In this document: positions 36,614-49,354 of the stretch, one piece after another
Layout: every line of letters begins with the position of its first letter
How positions within the stretch are numbered: the stretch's first letter is position 1
From: Podarcis pityusensis
Lineage: Eukaryota
Assembly (NCBI GenBank): GCA_964106645.2
Contig: OZ067039.1
Reading direction: 5' to 3' (one strand)
Length of the DNA stretch: 64,000 bases
Program-made: the position numbers and the translations under genes
The notes under the pieces: generated by a model
Seen by the model: the letters and a program-made list of their open reading frames with translations, nothing else
Database searches by the model: none
What the model was told of the DNA's origin: nothing

Positions 36614-37883
36614 AAACAATTAAGAAATAACTTTGGTGTTACTGAATATCGCCTACCCTCCATGTCCTAGGAACAAGCCTTCAGTTCTGGCTGTAGCTAA
36701 GTGCATTCAGTCACCACAAAGACAATTCTCCCAAGGATGGTTTGGAAACTCAAGCTTATGTGCTTCCTCCTACCATTTTAGTACATAGGTTCCCTCTTCT
36801 GGCAAACTATGGTTAGAACCATGTCTCCAAACCACAGTTTGAAACCAGGGTGCAAATAGAGGCTTGGAACGCAAATAGTGTCTTTGGGAAAGTTTTTTTT
36901 TTTTTAAAGGACTGTGGCAGGGAGACAAAGATTTCAACTCCTTGTCTCCACCCCCACAACAATCTGGAGGCTACCCAGTTTTCCCTGTGACTACTATTTA
37001 CATAATGAAGTGTGTGTGTTGCATTCACATAATCAATACCACATGAGTTTCTGTCCTTTGACCAACAAAAAAGAGTCAGTGGGGAGGTCAGACATTCCCA
37101 GTTGGTGGTTCCTGTATCTTGGATTTCCCCACAGCCCAGTGGTCAACATGAGAGGTGCTATGTGCTGCTAGTGGCCACCCACTTCTGCACCGTGTGTGTC
37201 TATGAAGTTACCATGATGTCGTCATGACATTCCTGGAGTCACCCCATGGTGATTGTTACCTTCACTGATGATATGGGGCTATCATCAATAAGCATCCCTT
37301 GGGTGGGTGGCAGCAGAGTTGCAACAGACTTTGTTAGAGGGCCTTTCAATATCACTGTCCTGCTTTGTGTTCTGCTTTGCTTCAGTGAACGCACCTGATT
37401 GTCACCAAATTATGGTGGTGTCGAGCTTATGTAGCAGCCTCAAGCAATAGCAGAACCCTAGGAAGCAGCTTGTGAGTTACTATGCTAAATACCTTCCTGG
37501 AATGAAACAGAGATAAATTGTACTGCTTTAATTCACAAAGCCATGATATGTGTGCTGGAAGAAATCAGGCTTCTTATCTCATTCCTGTTCTTTAAGCAAT
37601 CATGCACCAGAGCTTTTGAAGACTATTGAGATTATTGTACAATAATCCTTGCAGAGGGGGAGGGATAAAAAGGCAGTGGGAAAGTTATCTATGCAGGCAA
37701 CTGATAAGCAAATCCATGCTCACACCTCACATATTAAGAAGCAGCCTCCCTACCCCAGCAAGACACCATAGATAATATATGTGCTAGATACCAAGCAACA
37801 TACAAGGATTAAACTGACATGTGGCAAAAGCAATGGGAACCAGACAATTTAACCAGGAAATTCCAAGTTCAGACACTGAGAAT

Positions 37884-38078
37884 TGTTTAGTTGTTTAGTC
37901 GTGTCCGACTCTTCGTGACCCCATGGACCAGAGCACGCCAGGCACTCCTGTCTTCCACTGCCTCCTGCAGTTTGGGCAAACTCATGTTTGTAGCTTCGAG
38001 AACACTGTCCAACCATCTCGTCCTCTGTCGTCCCCTTCTTCTTGTGCCCTCAATATTTCCCAACATCAGGGTCTATTC
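37884..38078 (-). mobile_element. BovB LINE 3' end
   Basis: Minus strand encodes TLMLGNIEGTRRRGRQRTRWLDSVLEATNMSLPKLQEAVEDRSAWRALVHGVTKSRTRLNN*; TSD cactgagaat/cattgagaat. Confidence 0.93.
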
Positions 38079-39035
38079 CATTGAGAATAATGGAAAACAA
38101 AGAGGGATCTTCCTGCAACCCTCTCTTCAATCTATAAAATCAATGGAACATCCTAGCACTCACATATCATGCTAGTTAGTTTTATTCACTGGAATATGGA
38201 GTAGAAGGAGTGGTGGAAACAGAACTATGTTTTTCTGTAGATATTAACATCAACAAGCAGCTTGGATGCTCTTAAACTAATTGCTTTCTATACATGGAGC
38301 AGAAAAAAGAATGGACTCTATTAGGGATGAGAAAAAAGAAAAGAAAAGAGTAAAGCTGGGGTTTCCAATTGTCTCAAATGATCAGGCTCCAGAAGCCAGA
38401 TGGAAACATCTACAGAGTCTGGAAGGCAGTTAGGGGATCCCTTCTGTCTTGTGGAGAGACTGGCTCTGCAATGCTCTATCCCAAACTAGGGTGGAATCTA
38501 CACACAAATAAAAAATGCTGTGAAAATGCTTTTTTAAAAAACGTTTTGAAAAATACATTGACTTTTGCATAGCTCACTGTCTCCATCTAGTGTCACATTT
38601 GTATATTAAACTTTACAGCACATTTAAAACATTTTATTTGCAGCTGTATAGCTGAGTCCCAGGACTGCCTATTACAACCTATTTGCCAGGTACCTTAAGC
38701 TTAACCTCATCTCCCCCACAGGACCCAAAGAGGTAGAGAAGGATCAAGAGTTCACTTAAAGGCAGTATAGCCATTATACAACCATTTTTCTCACTTGTGG
38801 AAATAACACATGGCCCTAGGCAGATTGTCACTGTTATCAGCCCAAACTACTTGCATGCCACCACGGCAGCTTTGCATATCATTCAGGAGCAGAATGCTAG
38901 ATGAAAACCCATGTATCTCATGGAAACGCTCACTTGGAAACAGGTTAAACCCCAAATTGTGAAGCATGCCTTGGCTCAAAGGATACACTTCAGGTCTGCT
39001 ACCCAACCCTTAAATACTTGCTGTCATCACCAATA

Positions 39036-39278
39036 CAGTGGTACCTCAGGTTACATACGCTTCAGGTTACATACGCTTCAGGTTACAGACTCCGCTAACC
39101 CAGAAATAGTGCTTCAGGTTAAGAACTTTGCTTCAGGATGAGAACAGAAATCGTGCTCCGGCGGCAGCAGCAGCAGCAGGAGGCCCCATTAGCTAAAGTG
39201 GTGCTTCAGGTTAAGAACAGTTTCAGGTTAAGAACGGACCTCCGTAACGAATTAAGTACTTGACCCGAGGTACCACTG
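39036..39278 (-). mobile_element. Tc1/mariner MITE, copy 3 (inverted)
   Basis: Reverse complement of the family. TA on the left; the right flank is AG rather than TA. Confidence 0.93.
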
Positions 39279-39284
39279 AGTGTA

Positions 39285-39509
39285 CAGTGGTACCTCGGTT
39301 TAAGAACTTAATTCGTTACGGAGGTCCGTTCTTAACCTGAAGCACCACTTTAGCTAATGGGGCCTCCCGCTGCCACCATGCCGCCAGAGCACGATTTCTG
39401 TTCTCATCCTGAAGCAAAGTTCTTAACCCGAGGTGCTATTTCTGGATTAGTGGAGTCTGTAACCTGAAGCGTCTGTAACCTGAAGCATATTTAACCTGAG
39501 GTACCACTG
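39285..39509 (+). mobile_element. Tc1/mariner MITE, copy 4, head-to-head with copy 3
   Basis: TIRs and TA TSD on both sides; 6-bp spacer from copy 3. Confidence 0.93.
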
Positions 39510-39559
39510 TAATATCTTGCTTTTCTGATCTGATGCTACACTTCATCCTAAAAACATGA

Positions 39560-39733
39560 TAGGAACATAGGAACCTTATACAGAGTCAAACCATTGGGTC
39601 CATTCCATTTCAGTATTGTCTACAATGACTGGCAGTGACTCCCCAGGATTTCAGATAGGGAGTTTCTTCCAGCATTGAACCTGGGAACTTCTGCATGCAA
39701 GGAAGATGCTCTCCCACTGAGCTACATCCTTTC
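39560..39733 (-). mobile_element. Squam3-type SINE
   Basis: (taggaaca)n tail; head gctctcccactgagcta. Confidence 0.82.
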
Positions 39734-42700
39734 CTAAGCCTTTATTCCCCAATACATGTTTTGGCCTTGGGTATTATCAACATAACAAGAACCTTCAATG
39801 AAATATATATGTTTTTCCCAAAAACACACAAGTACTATATATGTGTATGAAAATATGGGAAAGCTCTTCATTTTCCCCTTTCCAAAGAACAGTACCACAA
39901 AATGAGGAGAGCAGTGGAGGGAGAGGAGGAAGGAAAGCACTCTTTTGCCAACTATTTTGTCTCTCCAGATTTAATTTTTTTTTAACAGGGTAACAAATTA
40001 AAATCAGGAAAGGCACATGATACTTTGATTCCCAGAAGGGAGGAAAACTGAATCCAGTTTGGTGGAAAATGTTTTAGATCAGACAGCTGCATCATCTAAG
40101 AACAAAAACCAGTCCTTCTCCTACCCACTCAGCCTTTCCTCCTCAACTTCACCAAAACTGTCTCAAGTCACCCCTTTCTTAACATCTTGCAAATCAAAAC
40201 CAGACAAGAGCTTACATTTGGAAACAAACACCTTGGCTTATATGGAAAGGGATGAAGGATGCTTTCTTGGGGAGTATCAGCCTCCAGAAAATCCAAGCAT
40301 CTTGCTAAATTATACTGAAAAGCCTCGATGGGCCTTCTGAGCTCATCGAGGGTTGTTATCTTTTTCCTAGTCTTGAAGTATGTGAGAAAAGCGAGGAAGA
40401 TCTACCACCACCCTCAGATGATTTTGTCTCCCCCCCTGCTTTAATTATGAACCTAAAGTGGCTATAAGGACTGAGAGACAGGAGTGCAGTCAGGACCAAA
40501 GTCCTTTCCTGTGTAAGCATTTCAAGTGTGCCATATTATGTTTAAAATGCATTGCACCACACGAGTTGTCCCATTTGCATGCAATGTTAGCACATCCAGT
40601 GCACTCACCTCAGCAACTGGTCATGCAAATTCTATAAGCAAGTGGGCCACCCCATGTGGTCAGTTCATTCATACATCATATAGCACATGATGAACCCTTA
40701 TGTGGGCAACCACTTTACCAGTGACTGAAAACCCTGTTGATTTCAGTCGTAAGCTTGAATAGTAGACCCTTCCACACAGGAACTTTCTGCACTTCTTAGT
40801 GTTTTCGTGTGGAAAATAAACTCTCGCCCTCCCCCCACCCCCAAATTAGAAGGTATGAAGGTCGCTTGGGATCCCATGCACCAACATTGCTCCTTCCTTG
40901 GGAAGATTGCATTGCCCACCTTCAACCCATGACCCCCACTCTCAAGGCAGCAACGTGGGTGTCCAGTGCTGTTGTTTACTTATGGAAATCAGTTGTGCTG
41001 TTGCAGTGCAATTGAGTCCGGTACTGGGGGGCAGGGACCTCTTCTCATGGATCCTGTGGAACTGCAGTGCTATCAGGACCAAGCCACATGTGGTATTAAT
41101 CGTACGAATTGCGTTAATGGAGTGAATTCACATTTCTGTTGTATAAAAAGCAGCCAAAGGAAAAACAACTTGAGCAGCTTAGGAGGAGGTGGGTTTTTTT
41201 TGGGGGGGGGGCATTGTGAATCGGTGGAGACCTCCCTTGAAATTAGTGCTGCTGCACCAGAGTTTGCATTCCACTTTTTTTAATTATTATTCATTTTGGC
41301 ATTTCAAGGGAAGTTTAGGCAAAAGATTGGGTTAATCATCAGGAAAGCAAAATCTCAGGATTTTCAGGTGGGGATAAGATTACCTTTAAACAATTTCACT
41401 ACTACTTCAAGCGGAGGCCAGGCTTCCCCCAGCAGCCTGGGATGCATTCCCTTCTAATTTGGGGCTACCGAATTTTCTAGCAGGCATCTTGCCCTTGAAG
41501 GTAGTAACACAAAACTCTCCTTTAGGGTGTCTCTCTCAGTTTACATTACAAAGGACTTGAACCAAACAAGCTATGTGCTGTATGCTGTTTACGACCACAG
41601 ATTTGCTTAGTTGCATGACTCACTCTTGAAGTAGCATTCATTGCAATAAAATATAAAACCTCCTTCTGCAAAAGGGAAATATCCCGGATAGGCTATCATT
41701 ATTTACAGAAGATCGCCGTCATTTAAAACAAGGTGGGGGGGGGAACCCTCTTGGTCTATTATTCCCCTCAGGTGTTATCACATCTTCCCCTTTTCTAACC
41801 CCACAATTTTGGCCCAAGCAAAATGTTATAAAAGATCCTGTGCTCTTTTAATATGCAAGTAAATTTGCCAAGGGTCTCATGCATCCGGAGGAGATACCAT
41901 AAATCACACAAACTTGTCTTATGTACCCCCTATCTTGGCTTCCCAGCATTTGCTATTAAATATGGGAAGTCTGGGCCACTTCCTGGACTTGGTGACTAGA
42001 TGCTTTGAGGCTCACTGGTTGCCCTAAGAGCAGCCAATATGTAGAACAAGCGAGAGATCAGTGCATTGAGAGACCCAAGGCTGAGAATGAGGATTTATTG
42101 TGGAAGGAACTTTAACTATTGTTACTGGAAATGAAAGGTAAATACTGACAGGGAACTGGGTGCCTCAAGCTCTTCTACTATTAAGGTTTGAACGTTCTAC
42201 AGCACTGCTTTCCAAACTTCCAGCAGCTGAGGCAAAGGGGAAAACCCAACAACACACTAGCATGATCAATCTGTCAACATAAGCATTTCTGCTTGACGGA
42301 CAGAATGATATACCCTCTCCTCTTCCCGCATGCTATTGTGAGAGATTCTCCAGACACCACTGCCCCAGCCAATGGTTGGGTGTAAGAGGGAGGAGTCCTG
42401 TGCTAGTAGGACTTGTTGAACTTACCCACACTAGTTCAGCTATTTAGTTCAGACCTGCCTTTCCCCCCTGAACTAAGGCATCCAAAATGGCTTCCTTTTA
42501 GGCACTGCAAGAGTAAGAACAGAATGTCCTTAGAGGAGACCCACCCACCCCATGTATCTTTGTGGGTTATTGATACGAACAGTCACCTCAGTTGAAAAGA
42601 GACATATCCAGAATATGGACTCATGCAGAAATGCAGTTGGCAACCTCCTAGAAAGGTGGAAAACTTTTGCTGCAACTCTACACACAGGGAATGTTACAGT

Positions 42701-42775
42701 GATTGAATGACCCTCCACTACAGTTACGTTTAGTCTGGAGAAGTGAAAAATGACGGTGTCATTCTTTTAATACCC

Positions 42776-43053
42776 AAAGGGTCATGAGACAAGGCAAATA
42801 CTTGTCTTCTGCTGCTGCAGAGGGTAGAACTAGAACTAATGTGCACATGTTAAGGATGATCAGAGTGTATTGATGGTAAGAGCAGTTCAACAATGGAACC
42901 AATTGCCTGGAGGGCTAGTGAGGTGTACCTGGCTTAGAGGTCTTCAAGCAAAAGCTGGATAACCATCTGTCAGGGGATGCAATAACTCTGGATTGCCTCC
43001 ATTGAACCCCAGGGAGTTGGACTAGATTGCCTATAAGGCCCACATCCAATTTA
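42776..43053 (+). mobile_element. CR1 LINE 3' fragment, second lineage (short tail also at about 59460-59525)
   Basis: gtaagagcagttcaacaatggaacc...gaggtcttcaagcaaaagctggataaccatctgtcaggg...gttggactagat. Confidence 0.78.
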
Positions 43054-43513
43054 TCCACAGTAAAGGCAGATTCCATGTTCTGGCCTTGCTACCTTCCAAC
43101 CCATAAAGAGTTGAAGCAGGCAACCTTTTCTTATGGGAGAGTGTTTTGGACTCAGAAGAATGTTTCATTATGTCATTCCTTTCTCTCAGTTTTGAGAGTC
43201 ACTGGTAGACACTCTTCAGCCACTTTGATGCTTGCAGTCCAGTCCCAAGTCTGTATGCTCATTGAGACTTGCTTCGTAACAAGTCTGCTTACAATTACAG
43301 TCCTTGGCCTTGTCTGTGTAAATACAACAAGTAGTGCAAATGTGCCCCCACCAGCCAGAAAACCACAGTGAGTGGTGTAAAACTGGTTTGCCTAAATGTT
43401 GTGGTCATTGTAATTGCACATTGTAAGCTACACACAGACATATCTTTAGAATTAACATTACTTTTTGTGATTACATGAACATCAGTAGCAGACAGCATGG
43501 TGGGACAGTGGCG

Positions 43514-43514
<1 letters not shown>

Positions 43515-43553
<39 letters not shown>
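43515..43553. repeat. (ATT)n at the tail of a minus-strand L2-like end
   Basis: Seen directly; followed by tcctccccaaggagcccagggtggc. Confidence 0.95.
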
Positions 43554-43554
<1 letters not shown>

Positions 43555-44084
43555 ATATCCTCCCCAAGGAGCCCAGGGTGGCAATTAGATACACAGCCAT
43601 CAACAAAAACATTTAGTAAAATCAGTCTAAGAACAAGTACAATTAAAAACATCAAAAAGTAGTTACAGATAAAAACAAAACACAATGAGATCAAACAGGG
43701 GGCTTTTAATTTTCTCTTCAGTCCCTTTCTTGTTTCTTTGTTATTCGGTATTTGCTATTGTCTCTAGTTTACTATTTATTATTTACTCTATTGACTATTG
43801 CCCGACCTCCAGTCAGTCACTTCTGCTTTATTGAAAGGTAGAAAGGGAGGGGCTATGTGGCAGTGAGGTTGGCATGGTGCAAACACACCAACGGAAGCAC
43901 CAGATTGGTTCTGCTGGTGCATTTTCACCATGCCAACCTCACTAACACGTCACCCCCTCCTCTTCCTCCCTGGAAGCTGCAGCAACGTTACTGACTGGAG
44001 GTCAGGTGAGTGTCACCGTCCTACCTCACCACCTTATACTGATGAGTATGTTCCTGGAAGCCACTCCAGTGCCTTTGTTAGGGA

Positions 44085-44175
44085 GTTGCAATCCTGTACC
44101 CACTTTACTTGGCAGTGGGCCCAGCTGAACTCAATGGAATTCACTTCCAAGTAGGCGTGCCTAGGATTACGCTGT
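44085..44175. mobile_element. Short old palindromic repeat (tgcaatcct...aggattgca family; others at about 2330-2416, 20235-20318, 21286-21372, 61560-61640)
   Basis: Inverted ends and a shared cccactgaattcaatgg core across five copies. Confidence 0.55.
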
Positions 44176-46942
44176 AAATCATCCTTGGGGAAAGGGTTAA
44201 TATATTACTTTCTCCCAGAAGAGTTGCATTCCAAGGGCCAGGGTGTGTCTCAGCCATACCAGTGCGTCTTTTATCAGAGGCAGCAACATGTATTAATCCT
44301 TCTCTTAAGACATGAGTGAGTTATACGTGGCATGGAAAAGAGCCCTGAGGCAAGGATTTTTGTTTTGTTTTGCTTTCCAGTTCCTACCACAGAAAGAGTA
44401 CAGTTCTGGCCTTTCCCGCCACCAGGCAACTGGATTTACAAAGATATTATTTCCTTTGTTTAGCTTTTCGGTTTCTGGCCTGAGCCAAGCTCATAGGGGT
44501 CTTGCCATGCTCTCCTTTACTTCTCATGCCTTCCGCTGCGTAGCTTATTATAATCACAGGCCTTCCTGAATAAAATAATGAGAGTGGACAATCCTCCACT
44601 GCCGAGATATACAGCTTTGGGTGCAGCCATTGCAAGATGTGGCAACATATTGCAATTCCACTTAACAACTGCAACTTTCATTTCTTTATACCATTTTTCT
44701 AAGCCAAATAACCGGTCTGAGGGGGAAATGCACCAAGTAGCCTATTTATTGAAGCAACCTTTTAAAATATAATCCCTTGGCAGGTGTTTAATGTTCACTG
44801 CAGACAGATCTCCTCAATGCAAACGGAACAGCGGGATGCAACATTCCAAATTCTGCTCATAGACTAAGTCAGATGATCTAAGTCACGGGGAACCAACATG
44901 ATGTACTTCAGATGTTGCTGGACTACAACATCTATCGTCCCTGACCTTTGACCACCTTTCTGAGGCCAATGGGAAGTTGCGGTCCAACAACATCTGGTGC
45001 TCACCACGGTGGCCACCCCGATCTGTGTGATACCAGTAGTTAGAAGCAGTAAAGAGCACCAAAAAGACAAAACAAATCACAGAAATATGAGCACGCCACA
45101 ACTTTGTACTCATATTTGCTATGTTTTTGTTCTAGGACTAAACACTTTTGATTATAAAACATCATGGATGGAGGGCATCTGAACATCTTAAAGAGCCTGA
45201 TGTGTACTCCATAGATCTCTAACTAAAAAGGTAAGAACATAAAGCAAGCCCTGATGGATCAGCTGAAGGCCCATCTAGTCCAGCATCCTGTTCTCACAGT
45301 CACAAAGCAGATGTCCACAGAAGCTGACAAGGAGTGTTCATCATTCCCACAGTCCATAAGTGGTAATGGTTTCAATGCACTCTGTCTGGCCTGAGCTTCT
45401 ACCAACACCTCAAGCAACAGAATACCGCAGACCTAGAAGGATTTTGTACCTATGACAATAACTCTTCAGCTAACAGAGAGAGTGTGGAAATGGCTTCAGA
45501 CCCAACCCCAAGCATAGAGCCATGGAAACATTGTGGTGTAATCAACTGCGGCAAGTATTGTGCCTGGAAAGGGCAAACAGTAAGTGTGTATGAGCATTTT
45601 GTGAGAATTAAACAACACACATGGGCAAAAACAGTCATACAGGTCATACCAACTTGATTGGCTCTCCACTGGAAGGAAGGATGCTGGGTGAATGGACAGA
45701 AAAGACCTGTGTGGTTGGCTCCAACTGGTGTTTAGATGAAGGGAGCCCTCCATGGATTAGTTTTGCTCAACCCCATCAGATCAAAGTAGCAAACAACCAC
45801 CCCTTTATTTCCTCTCCTCTTTCTCTAATATTCTTTGCCTCAGCTCTTTTGCATAAGTCATGTAGAACAACTGCACTGCAAGCTCCTTGTATGTACTTTC
45901 TGCTTTTGTGGGCCGCATGCAGCACTCAAGACTGAGTTGGTTGCTTAAGGGGTGGGTGGTCCTGCTTTTGAACTGGGTATTGGAAAGGGTAACTTTCTGG
46001 GTCCCTTCTGACACCACCAGGCATTTTGTGGTCTTCTCAGAGCCAGATAGGCAGCAATGAGAAGGCAACAGAGGAGAGGTGCTTCCTCCACTGCTGCCTG
46101 GGTGGCAGCCTAAGTCTTCCTTCTGTTTACAGAGATAATATGATTCCCATGAGCTGTCAGTCCTGGGCAGTTTCCCAGCACTAAAGTTATGCCAAAGCCA
46201 TCCTACCCTACATTCATCTGTCCATTAATCCTCCCTGCCTTGACTTGCAACTCACAGAGGGTTTCCCCCCTCTTTCTGTAATTCATGCAGTTGCTGTACA
46301 TGTCCAGGCACTTGCAACTCAAGTCCTCAAGCCATTCAGTTCCTGAGGGGGTTTGAGGCAACTTGTACTCATTTCCTTTGTTCACCTTGTTATATGAAAA
46401 TAGATGAAATCTTTTCCCCAGCGCCTTTGATCACCCCAGAGATAACAGCCTGTGGAAGAAACCTGCTACCCACCTGGTTTTGAAAATTTTGCTAATGTGA
46501 TATTAGAAGAGCAAATTCCTACTACAGCTGAGACAATGGCTTCAGGTAATGAGGCCTCCAGTCCGAATCAACAAATCTGCCTAGTGAATATGTGGCAATA
46601 TTCAGGTTCCCCTTTGCAGCCACTACTCAATTTTTGTCCCCTGTGAGCCCTTGATAACTTCATCCACGTAATTGTGTTCCTCCCCAGTCATGGTCTGGCA
46701 GACCATGAATGGACTTCATGCTGATGTGCTTCCTCCTCAACATACTCTGGCTCCCTTCTTCACATTCTGATTGTCACTAGCAACAGTTTGCTATAATGTC
46801 TTAATCAGGTATTATTTAGGATTCTGCCATCCATAGCTTGCTTCCGAATGAGAATTTGAATCAATGGTTTGAACAGGTTTTCCAGTTACAGTTTTTATGC
46901 AAACTATGGGTTGCAGTGACCACATATTACTAATCCTGAAGT

Positions 46943-47159
46943 AAGGGCCGGCCCACCCATGAAGCAAAGTGAAGCAGCCACCTCAGGTGGTGAAAACCCC
47001 AGATCGGTGTTACTGTGGGTAGCTTACCTGCCCCTGCTGTGGCTCATGGCAAGTTCTCATGGAGATCCATGAGATCTTGCATGATTTCAACGAGACTTTG
47101 GTGGGGGCAGAGTACCTTCCTGGTTCGCCTCAGGTGGTAAAATGAAATGGGCCACCCTA
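46943..47159. mobile_element. hAT-like element related to the insert at 18294
   Basis: agggccggcccacccatgaagcaaagtgaagc...gcctcaggtggtaaaatgaaatgggccaccct; TSD not clear. Confidence 0.55.
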
Positions 47160-47413
47160 TTTTCAAGGGGGGGGGGGAAATTAGGGTTATTTACCAGAGC
47201 TGGCAAGAATTTCTGATGTGTGTTACAGCACTGCCCTGCCCCCTCTCAATTTCCTTGGTTTCCAGTCCAAACAAAAATCCCATTCTCCATAGGAATCCTG
47301 TTCTCCAGTACAATACTTCTGACTTAGAGGCATCTTATATTTTCACAGCATCAAGCTGGTTTGGACACAGACACATTGATGCTCAGACTAAAGACTTACC
47401 AATAGTTGCTTTT

Positions 47414-47414
<1 letters not shown>

Positions 47415-47451
<37 letters not shown>
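47415..47451. repeat. (GA)n microsatellite
   Basis: Seen directly. Confidence 0.99.
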
Positions 47452-47454
<3 letters not shown>

Positions 47455-47821
47455 TAAGTTTGTACATTGTTGCCTATAGTAACCACATTTGTGGTTAATT
47501 ATCAAAGAGGCCTACAATATTTTTTTGAAGTGCTACAAAAACTTGCCACGTTTGAACAGAACAACAGGCCCTCCTGTTTCAGTTCTCTGAAAAAAAATTA
47601 TATACAACTTAAGCAGAAGACTATAGAAATTCTGGTATTCAGGCATGGATCCAAGAGACCCCACACACTCAGTGTTGACATACTAGCTAAGGTCCTCCAA
47701 AACGACACTTTCCATTGTCCTCAAACTTTTATCAGTCATGGTTTAAATAATCTTTTTTATCATTCCCCCCTCTCAGATATCATGTGTATATCTGCTAGTT
47801 AAACTATTTGGCAGCTTAGAG

Positions 47822-47957
47822 CAGGCATCCCCAAACTTTGCTCTCCAGATGTTTTGGGACTACAATTCCCATCATCCCTGACCACTGGTCCTGTTAGCTA
47901 GGGATGATGGGGGCTGTAGTCCCAAAACATCTGGAAGGCCAAATTTGGGGATGCCTG
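47822..47957. mobile_element. 136-bp palindromic hAT MITE, copy B
   Basis: caggcatccccaaact...aatttggggatgcctg; TSD gcttagag/acctagag. Confidence 0.9.
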
Positions 47958-48852
47958 ACCTAGAGTGTGAGTATTTGGGGAGTATTCTACCACATCTATT
48001 TCTTATTAAATTTACTAGAACAGAGTCACATTAATTTGCCTTAAGCTGATTTTAAGGTCATCTAAACTGGTGGCCATCACCATGTGTTCTGGGAGCGAAT
48101 TCCATAGTTTATCTAGGTGCTGTGTGAATAAGTACTTTCTTTTGTCTGTGTCCTCAATCTCCCACCATTCTGTTTAATTTGACAACTTCTCAATATTATA
48201 AAAGTGGGGAGAGGAACTGTTACAGAGAGATCTCTTTGCAGTAAGGGGTAGAAGCAATGATATGAACAGTAAAGATAATCAAGATGCATTTGCAAGAGCT
48301 GAGATGCTGAGTCAGACTTAGAAACTGAAATGGTCCTGTTCAGCATTAAAGCATGCAACAGGTCAGCTTCAAGTAATGACATGCTGCCAACCATGCCTAC
48401 ATGTTCACCCATGGAGTGGGAGCGGGATCTTTACCAGGAAATTAATCATTGAATGACTGAATAGGAAAGACCACCCACATGAAGACATTCCAAGTAGCAG
48501 CATTTCCCAATGATAAAAGTCCCTGGCAGCTTTAAGTAGCTTAAAAGTTGGCAGCCTTAAATAGCTGGGATACAGTCAGTGTTACACAGCTGGATTACCT
48601 CAGTCATCGTAGCATCTTTCTCATCTATGCATGGTGTGCTATACTTAAATTATGCATGTTTATTATGAACAGCTGCCTGTTCATAATAAGGAAGATGCAG
48701 GAGGTTACCATGGTGGTTTCTGTGTAAGGCGGGGGGGGGGTTGCACAAAAGAAGGGGAGGTGGTGGCATGGACATAAGGGTGAAGGTGAAAACAGGTGGA
48801 AAGCAGGGCTGTGAAACAGAATAGAGAAGTGGTTTCAAAAATAGGGATGGGA

Positions 48853-49300
48853 CACCTTCACCCCGGTATGGCTCCCCTTTATCACATACACAGCCCAACA
48901 AGACAACGACAAAAATCCACCAACATCATATAAATCAATATGGCTAACCTGATCCAAAACACCCACCCACCCCACTCACACATGAAAACAAAAACCACCA
49001 CAGCCCAACCACAAATGAATAACCACACCCAAGGCCAACCCCAACCTCTCTCACCACCAAAGGAACACAAGCGAACAGCAAAGAACCTGCACAAGCAACG
49101 CTGACACCAAACCCTACATATAGTAAGTGAAATAGAAACATCGCCACCCGACCCCACCCCCACCCATCTTTCCCCCCCTCTCCACCTCTTTCCACCTTTT
49201 CTTCCTAATGTCTCAACAAATGAAACTGATTTGTAAAAATGTTACGGGGGAAAAACACGAGAGAGGGACATTGCACACTTTTGTAAATCAACAAAATCAC

Positions 49301-49351
<51 letters not shown>
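48853..49351 (+). mobile_element. L1-like LINE 3' end with ORF2 C-terminus
   Basis: 48851-48952 encodes DTFTPVWLPFITYTAQQ...WLT* (F..VW.PF..Y terminal motif). TSD agggatggga. The tail is (TA)n(CA)n. Confidence 0.75.
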
Positions 49352-49354
<3 letters not shown>

